NCBI GenBank assembly: GCA_000934665.2
Contig: JYFJ02001146.1
Location: forward strand, 62,001 to 89,347
Source of the DNA: Catajapyx aquilonaris
Lineage: Eukaryota
Direction of reading: 5' to 3'
DNA length: 27,347 bases
A model generated the notes under the pieces. The model saw only the letters and a program-made list of their open reading frames with translations. It did not search any database and had not been told where the DNA came from. Each line of letters begins with the position of its first letter. Position 1 is the first letter of the stretch. Positions 20,688 to 27,347 of this stretch are shown in pieces. Position numbers and translations under genes: made by a program.

Positions 20688-22809
20688 ACAAAGGGAATTA
20701 ACGACTGGGATAGAGAGTTATCCAGAGAATGTTGGGCAGCAGCAGACTGTGGAAATGGAGTGCAAGAAGAGAAAAGAGTCTGTGTCCAAGGCGTACGTGT
20801 TAGGAGTTGTGATGACACAACAGATGGGGGTGCTAAGAATTACATAGGGTCCCAAACAGTGTAATGGAGGGGGCTGCACAAAAGCACATCCATTCAAATC
20901 CCAAATTTTATTAAGCCCTATGCCTCCCCAAACTTGACAAGGTTGAGCATCTCACTTGAATTCCTTAACTCCCTTATCTCACTTCACCATGACACATGAT
21001 CCACACCTACCTGCACTAGTTTATGTGCTATTTATGTGCACTAATACCACTCTAAGTAAACTCTCAGGTCTGCAACTTATTAGACCTTGGAATGTATTCT
21101 AGTAATCTCTGACTTGTCTCTGACTAATCACACAAAAAACACTATCTTTATCATTACAGACCATTGATATGCACTGTCACAGTTCCCAGAGTAGACAGGC
21201 GTAGGGACTGCTGTGACAAGTTGAGTTATCATGGATGATCAACATGGGACAGATTTACTCATTGCTCACCCTGACTTTTTATTTCACATGCTGGTTTTCC
21301 TAATGCAATTTTCCTGTGGCATTCCTGATAAAAGTATCAGTATCAGTGAAATCAGCTGTGTTATCATACCCTGCTTAATAATCTCATTGGGTGTAGAGTG
21401 TAGTAAGGAATACTAAAATCTAAGTTTGGTGAATCAAGTTACGTACAGTACATTCATAGCTAACATTAGTTTAAATATTCTGTGTTCATTTCATACTGTC
21501 AAAGTATAGTCACTGTGTAACAAATGTTAGGAAAGAACAGGAAAAGATATGTGCTGTGTCACATATCATGCACTTCATATAATTATCTTCTGATAAGTTC
21601 AAGTATCTGCTGCAAATATCCTCATTTGTTCTAGGCAGGCATTAGCAAGGCCATCTGAGAGAACCAGAAATTGACATGTGAATACTCATCTAAAACTATT
21701 GCTCAATGGTTCATTAAAACAATTCCAAATTTGCAACACCTATAACATGCCCTTAAATTAATGCTGACATAGATAAAGCAATAAAAACCTTTACCTTACC
21801 AAGGAGTAGAATAGAAAATACACATTTTACTGCCTGATTCACATACAACTTATAATAATGCTCCTTTATCAAAGCACGTGTCAAATCACTTCCAGCCTAT
21901 GTCATGTCATGTTGTGATGGTGGACTCAGCTCCATGTAAGCATAATTTTCGTCCCATGTCAACAACAGTAAATGTGAATTTTCATCAGAAATTGCAGATC
22001 TTTTCGGGGAAAGTGATGACTTGGTTAGGCCACTCCCCACATGTACACGCCCATGCCTGCAAATGCCACACTGGGGCGGGGATCCTAATCACACGGTCAT
22101 ATGCTGCAACGAGCTGCAGACTTGAGTGATTAAAAAGTATCCAACGTTCATCCTGAAGCTCATGCATCACACTTCAACAACAACGCAACAAATTAATACA
22201 TTCCTGTTGTAGTTGCATTGTAATGCCAGCGACACTGGACACACCTGTCTCTACGCTCTTCCCTCCTCTTTTCCTCCCTGCCATCTACATATACGGCGCA
22301 ATTACACCACAAGACTGCCCTTATGAAACGATCATGCCTCCAGTCCCCATGCTGCCAGCCCACATAAGCAAAGACTTCTTAGGTCAGCCCCCCATTAGTG
22401 CAAGCATCGGGATGACAAATGAGGGTTGCATTAAGACTCCATAAACCAAGATCCACTACAACTAACCCCCAGCTGCCTATTTGCATCTCCATTCGTCGTT
22501 CATGCTACCCCTTTTCTCATTACATCCGAGCAGGACGAGGTCAACGGTCAACAAATTGATTTCTCTCTCTCTCTCAATGTATATGCAGCAGGCCCCCCAT
22601 CAAAGTCAAGCAGTCATAAAAGCAGAACAAGGCTTACGTGTCCAGGAGCCACATTTAAGGAGACTCTCCTCAGTCGGCAGCCACACTACTTGTTTTTTGT
22701 CATTACATGTACTTTTAAAAAAATGTGCAATTAAGGCCCAGGTGAATTATAAGGACACTGGTTGAGTGAAATACAAACAGGGAAGTACTTGCCAAAAAAA
22801 AAAAGTAAT

Positions 22810-23151
22810 CAAAACTCAGGCGACGGTCGTTCACAACTGCGCGATACATGCCAACAGGGGTTTAAAATCAGAACATATTAAAATTATAAATTTGGGCATA
22901 ATTAATGCTGTGGTTTTAATGATAGCAGGTACACATTAATTGATTGTGGCGCGTTTTTAGCATGGGGCGGAACCTACGAACGTGGTCACAATCAGCTGAA
23001 GTGGAGGTGCCAGACAATGTGGGGAATCGACTGACCAGAAACAGAGTATGAGCGACCAGAGAAAGGGTGATGAAAAACGCGGCAGGAGAGAAGCCATTCT
23101 GGCACAAGACTCGTGGCGGATGAGGCCGGATCGAATTTTGGCCGATTTCAG
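22810..23151 (+). promoter_or_regulatory. CpG-rich probable MOGS promoter and non-coding first exon
   Basis: CpG-rich island between CpG-poor flanks. Donor CAG|GTAAAT at 23151/23152 could pair with the acceptor cttttccag ending at 23663, 29 nt before the MOGS ATG. The start of the interval is approximate. Confidence 0.5.
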
Positions 23152-23692
23152 GTAAATTAAGCCCCGGTTATGCGAAAGTTGGGTCGCAGGATGATGCACT
23201 GCATGTATGAATCCCTGTATGAAGCGCGGTGGGTGGAAAGCCACGTTGTGTTAAATGCGCAGAGTCGGTATTGCCCCTTTGGCTGTTATGTTCTCATGAG
23301 TGCGATGGATGGGACGCAAAATCGCACCTTCGTTTTGTGTTAAACCGGTTTTATGCTTTTACAGCACCATAATGAGACTGCTGGGAAGTACAGGATGATT
23401 CAGTAATCAACTAAAGCATACATAGACAACTATGACTTCGCCGAGGGGTTAGTCGCATGTGAAGTCCTTCGTTCACTGAGACTGAAGTACGGTTGTTGAG
23501 AAGTCCGCTGCACACTATAGCAGGGATACTATAATGTCAAGTGACTAACCCCTCAGACTTCCCCCATTGATATACACTTACATATAGTTGTAGTACAAAG
23601 ACCCCTCTACCGCCCCCTGCTCTACCTGTATGACCCCACTAAGGAACGTTTCAACTTTTCCAGATGATGAGGTGGTGAAGGTGTAAGGAGGA

Positions 23693-23935
23693 ATGGCCCG
23701 CCAAAGGAAGCCCAACCAGTCGCAGCCCCCAGTGGGTGGTCGGCACCATCAGCACCATCCACATGGAAAGCTTGGTTCCAGAGCAGTTGGTCGCAGGGGC
23801 AGCACGGCAGCAAGCAGCCCTTGGCATACCCCAATGTACATCACGCTCGCTGTGGTGCTTACTGCAGTTGTTGCCTATTTTGGGTACAGGGGGTACCTTG
23901 AAACCAGGGTCAACACACCATTTAACACACCTCTT
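23693..23935 (+). CDS. MOGS: MOGS coding exon 1: cytosolic tail and signal-anchor helix
   Basis: MARQRKPNQ...MYITLAVVLTAVVAYFGYRGYLETRVNTPFNTPL, ending at donor CTT|gtaagt. Confidence 0.88.
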
Positions 23936-26832
23936 GTAAGTCTCAAAACTTCCTCTTGCATGTGATAGTATCCTACTGAGGAGATGCAGCTGTAAACTGA
24001 AGTAATAGTAGTTGAAGGCTAGAAATGTAAAATCATGAGATGTGGTAAATCCATATGTCCATCTTCCCAGTGAAGAAAGAAACACCATGACAAGTTGACA
24101 AAATTACATGATTTACATACCACGTCGTAGATTCAATTAAATTGCAACAGATTTTGTAGAACCAGCTCAAATGTTTTAAGCCTTTTTCATGCCCATTATT
24201 CTGGAATGACAATAAGTACGTATAATGCATTGGCTGGCAGCACGTTAGGGAGTCCATCACAAGACTCCCATATGGACATAACTCATGGTAGCCTTAACCC
24301 CTCTTATAAATCAAACTAAACATGTTACCTGATGTGATCTCTTTCTCTCTCTCGCCATACATTTTTAGATGGTGACCAAAACTGGCTTGGACATCCCAGA
24401 ACGCTACTGGGGCTCATACCGTCCTGGCAGTTACTTTGGACTTAGAACCCGTCATCCACAAAGTCCATCTGTCGGGCTGATGTGGTTTGTGCCTCGACGG
24501 GCTAGGCAAGGTGATCTTGGTGTTCGCCACTGGTGTGACCCAGGTGACCAGATGGAGAGTTATGGTTGGCTTGAGCATGATGGATCCACTTTTGGTGTCC
24601 AGGAGATGTTGGATGGTCCAATTAAGGTGGCAACCTCATATGTAAAGCGGGCTGGAGGTCAGCATGGTGGTGATTGGACAGCTCGAATTGAGGTTACGCC
24701 TAGAACACCTGAATTTGTTGGTGAAAGGATGTCCCTCATGGTGTACCTTGCAATGGATGAACCAGCAGCTATTGTGGAACCTGAGTTTCGTGGAACCCTC
24801 ATGCGGGCAATACAAGGCGAGTCAGAAGCACTAGGACGATTTGCCATAAGTTTTGTTAATAGGACAGCATTTGACCATGCAAGTTACCTAGTGACCAACA
24901 CGCCAGGATTACATGCATTGAAAGACGCAGTGACGCAAGGTATGCGTATGTTTAAAATCAAAGCAACTGGTGATAAGGTTATAGGACTTGCTGGAAGACT
25001 CGTGTCAACTGAATCAGGATCAGAGATTGCAACCCCAAATTTTTTTGTGCATGAAGTCACAGTTGCAGTGCCATTTTCAATGGATGTCCTCTTTGAATCA
25101 TCTAGTTATTACGACCGCACTGGACGACTAACAGGTGATATGTTTGACGCGCAACTGGCATTACGTCACAGTGAATTTGAAACCAGATTTGAAAACACAT
25201 TTGGACTGAAGAGTAAGGGATACTCTGAGGGTGATATCAGATTTGCAAAAGCTGTTGCATCAAATTTGATTGGCAGCATTGGATACTTTTATGGGTCATC
25301 TCTGGTGCAGTCAGCGACATCTGGTGGCCAACCTGTCAAGTACTGGCCTGCAGCACTTTACACTGGTGTCCCATCAAGATCCCAGTTTCCCCGGGGTTTT
25401 CTCTGGGATGAAGGCTTCCACTTGTTGCTTCTGGCAAGGTGGGATTTAGGGGCAGCCCTTGATGTGATTGCACACTGGTTTGACCTCCTGAATGCTGAGG
25501 GGTGGATTCCTCGTGAGCAGATATTAGGCAGAGAGTCCCGTGCTAGGGTTCCAGAGGAGTTTGTGATGCAGAAAAATACCAATGCAAACCCACCTGCTCT
25601 GCTGTTAGCCCTTGGACATGTTCTTGACCGGATGGAGGTGGGTGTCAATAATATTTTCATGGTTTTTACAGGGTTGGAAATGGGGATACTCTTATATGTT
25701 GGTGCCTTGCAGATCAACATTTTCTTAATATTTTTTCGCAGCTGCATTAACTTGAGTTACGTCAATCAATTATTCAAGCTACCAGTATTTAACTTTTGTC
25801 AGATTTTAGAATATACTATTACTGCCAGATAATTTTTAATTTGAAGAAATCTGCATTTGATTATAGCAACATGCTTTCAATTGAAGACGTCACTTGGCAA
25901 AGGGCCCAACTCCAAAATTTCGAAAAACCCTTCTTGGAGTCGAGCCTCATAGCCCTGGTGAAGGGCCCAAGTCCACCAGAACTGCCTTAAAATTGAATAA
26001 TAAACTACAGTTTTTTTCTCTCTCCTGAAAACTTTCACCTTGTGGAGTTGGGCCCTTTGGCAAGTGACATCTTCAATTGCCTATGGGGGGTCATGTGAAT
26101 GGGGTACATTTAGGACTCAACTCTGGATACTGGAGGTAGCTTATCCACAATGCTAGAAGTAAACTACAGGCTACTCATTGGATAAGCTTCCTCCAATTTC
26201 CAGACTTTGGTTCTTAAGATAAATCCTGGGTATTTTCCAGGTGAATCTGAGGTGAACAAAGCATGTTTTTTTGGCACTGCCTGACCCGTTATGTGGTATC
26301 TTAATGATTTGTAACTCACCCAAGGAATGACCAAATCTTACAGGCTGACATGACTCCAGATCATGCTCACTACCTCGAGACACTGTGGCCTCGCTTGACT
26401 GCTTGGTATCAGTGGTTCAACACCACCCAATCTGGACCACAACCTGGAACATACCAGTGGAAAGGACGTGACCCTGGTGGATCTGGAGGAAGAGAACTTA
26501 ACCCCCGCACCCTGATGTCTGGACTGGATGACTACCCCCGTGCTTCGCATCCTGACTGGAGTGAGCACCATGTTGACTTGCTTTGCTGGATGGCATTTGC
26601 TTCAGGAGTTGTTGCCAGGGTGGGCAAGAGGGCAGGTAAAGATTATGGAAAATATGAGGCCACAGCTGTAGCGCTGTCTGATAATGAAAAGCTGGACGAA
26701 GCACATTGGTCTGAGGAGTCTCACAGTTACCAAGACTATGGCATGCATACAGATGGAGTTGCTCTTCAAAGGCCACCACCACCCTCTGGCAACCATGGAA
26801 AAGGCATGCAACCACCTCCCAAACAGGACAAG
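23693..26832 (+). CDS. MOGS: Mannosyl-oligosaccharide glucosidase (ER glucosidase I, GH63), 3'-partial: join(23693-23935, 24369-25637, 26344-26832, ...)
   Basis: Type II membrane topology (basic N-tail MARQRK plus TM helix). Family motifs YWGSYRP..YFG, YGW.EHDG..FG.QE, GGDWTARI, VPSRS.FPRGFLWDEGFH, GWIPREQILG, NANPP and NPRTL.SGLDDYPRA. All three junctions are phase 0 GT-AG. The C-terminal part lies beyond the window. Confidence 0.95.
24369..25637 (+). CDS. MOGS: MOGS coding exon 2: GH63 N-terminal domain and start of catalytic domain
   Basis: tttttag|ATG GTG ACC to ATG GAG|gtgggt, 423 codons. Confidence 0.94.
25878..26079. mobile_element. MITE-like element with 37-bp terminal inverted repeats in a MOGS intron
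   Basis: CAATTGAAGACGTCACTTGGCAAAGGGCCCAACTCCA (25878-25914) versus the reverse complement of 26043-26079: 35/37 identical. Partial internal copy AAGGGCCCAAGTCCA at 25961-25975. Confidence 0.75.
26344..26832 (+). CDS. MOGS: MOGS coding exon 3: catalytic domain with SGLDDYPR
   Basis: cttacag|GCT GAC ATG to GAC AAG|gtaatt, 163 codons. Confidence 0.92.
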
Positions 26833-26855
26833 GTAATTAATTGGACCTAAAGTCC

Positions 26856-26995
26856 GTTAAATGAAAGAATGACATGAAGTGACTGTCAACCATGTTTTCT
26901 GAGCATGCACAGCGGAGCGATTCGGGGATGTGATAGTAGGGAAGAGCCAGGTGGAGGTGGGCTGAACGTGATGTCATAGCATTCTTTCATTTAAC
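26856..26995. mobile_element. Short inverted-repeat element (possible MITE with TTAA ends)
   Basis: Perfect 16-bp inverted repeat GTTAAATGAAAGAATG (26856-26871) / CATTCTTTCATTTAAC (26980-26995). Confidence 0.55.
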
Positions 26996-27176
26996 CATTC
27001 ATACCTTAACCTTAACATTCAGACCTGATGGCACAATGAATGTCACAAATCTGACATGAGCTACATCAATGTTCATCAATGAGGAAGCTAATGCAATTGT
27101 CTCCTTTTTCTCTGCTGCATTAAATGTAATTAAAGAGCACTGCAATAGCATAGTGTCATTAACATCTTATATAGTA

Positions 27177-27347
27177 CAGTGCTGGACAAATTAGCCGTCG
27201 CTGAATGTTTTTTTCCGGCGGCTGCGGCGGCGGCGTTACCTGGCAACCCCGTCCGGCGGGCCAATTCAAACATCAGCCCATGGAGAGCGCTTCCATTGTT
27301 GCCACTGTTTACAAATCGAGTGAGTGACGCGGACGACCCAGCGACGG
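27177..27347. mobile_element. Tc1-like MITE truncated by the window end
   Basis: Starts TA|CAGTGCTGGACAAA, a Tc1-type terminus. CCGTCGCTG (27195-27203) is mirrored by CAGCGACGG at 27339-27347. The interior is GC/CpG-rich, unlike its flanks. Confidence 0.65.

Noticed and set aside
20656..20847. ORF starting with poly-Met
   Set aside because: Artefact of the (GAT)11 microsatellite.
18450..22500. Possible decayed non-LTR retrotransposon fragments (for example a GKWRLEV-like string on the - strand near 19520)
   Set aside because: Too degenerate, with no continuous frame or YADD motif visible. A tblastn or HMM search against RT profiles would be needed.
25638..25832. Hydrophobic C-terminal tail of the 487-aa ORF, resembling a second TM segment on MOGS
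   Set aside because: This is read-through into the intron past the donor GAG|gtgggt; GH63 homology resumes in frame at 26344.
1..27347. CRISPR arrays, tRNA/rRNA genes, operon-like or viral systems
   Set aside because: No regularly spaced direct repeats, cloverleaf or rRNA motifs, or dense intronless gene packing were seen. The window is an intron-rich animal locus.

Overview
This is eukaryotic genomic DNA with GT-AG introns, most likely from an arthropod (inferred from the close match of the Neuralized protein to the Drosophila type). It holds three protein-coding loci. (1) A probable 3' end of an unidentified + strand gene (1-146, 258-333). (2) A complete neuralized (neur) E3 ubiquitin ligase gene on the - strand with two NHR/NEUZ domains and a C3HC4 RING. 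It has 8 shared coding exons (9206 down to 2029) and two candidate alternative first coding exons: a polybasic one (11449-11236, 678-aa product) and a 34-nt MGQANS myristoylation-type one (17236-17203, 618-aa product) that the ORF track misses. (3) The first three coding exons of ER glucosidase I (MOGS/GCS1, GH63) on the + strand (23693-26832), continuing past the window end. Non-coding features include E-box clusters, Su(H) sites, a perfect RFX X-box, miRNA and Pumilio sites in the neur 3' UTR, abutting convergent poly(A) signals, four MITE-like inverted-repeat elements and a blocky CpG pattern. I found no prokaryote-type system (CRISPR, operon) and no evidence of a new protein family. The novelty lies in isoform and regulatory architecture, and most other ORFs in the track look spurious.
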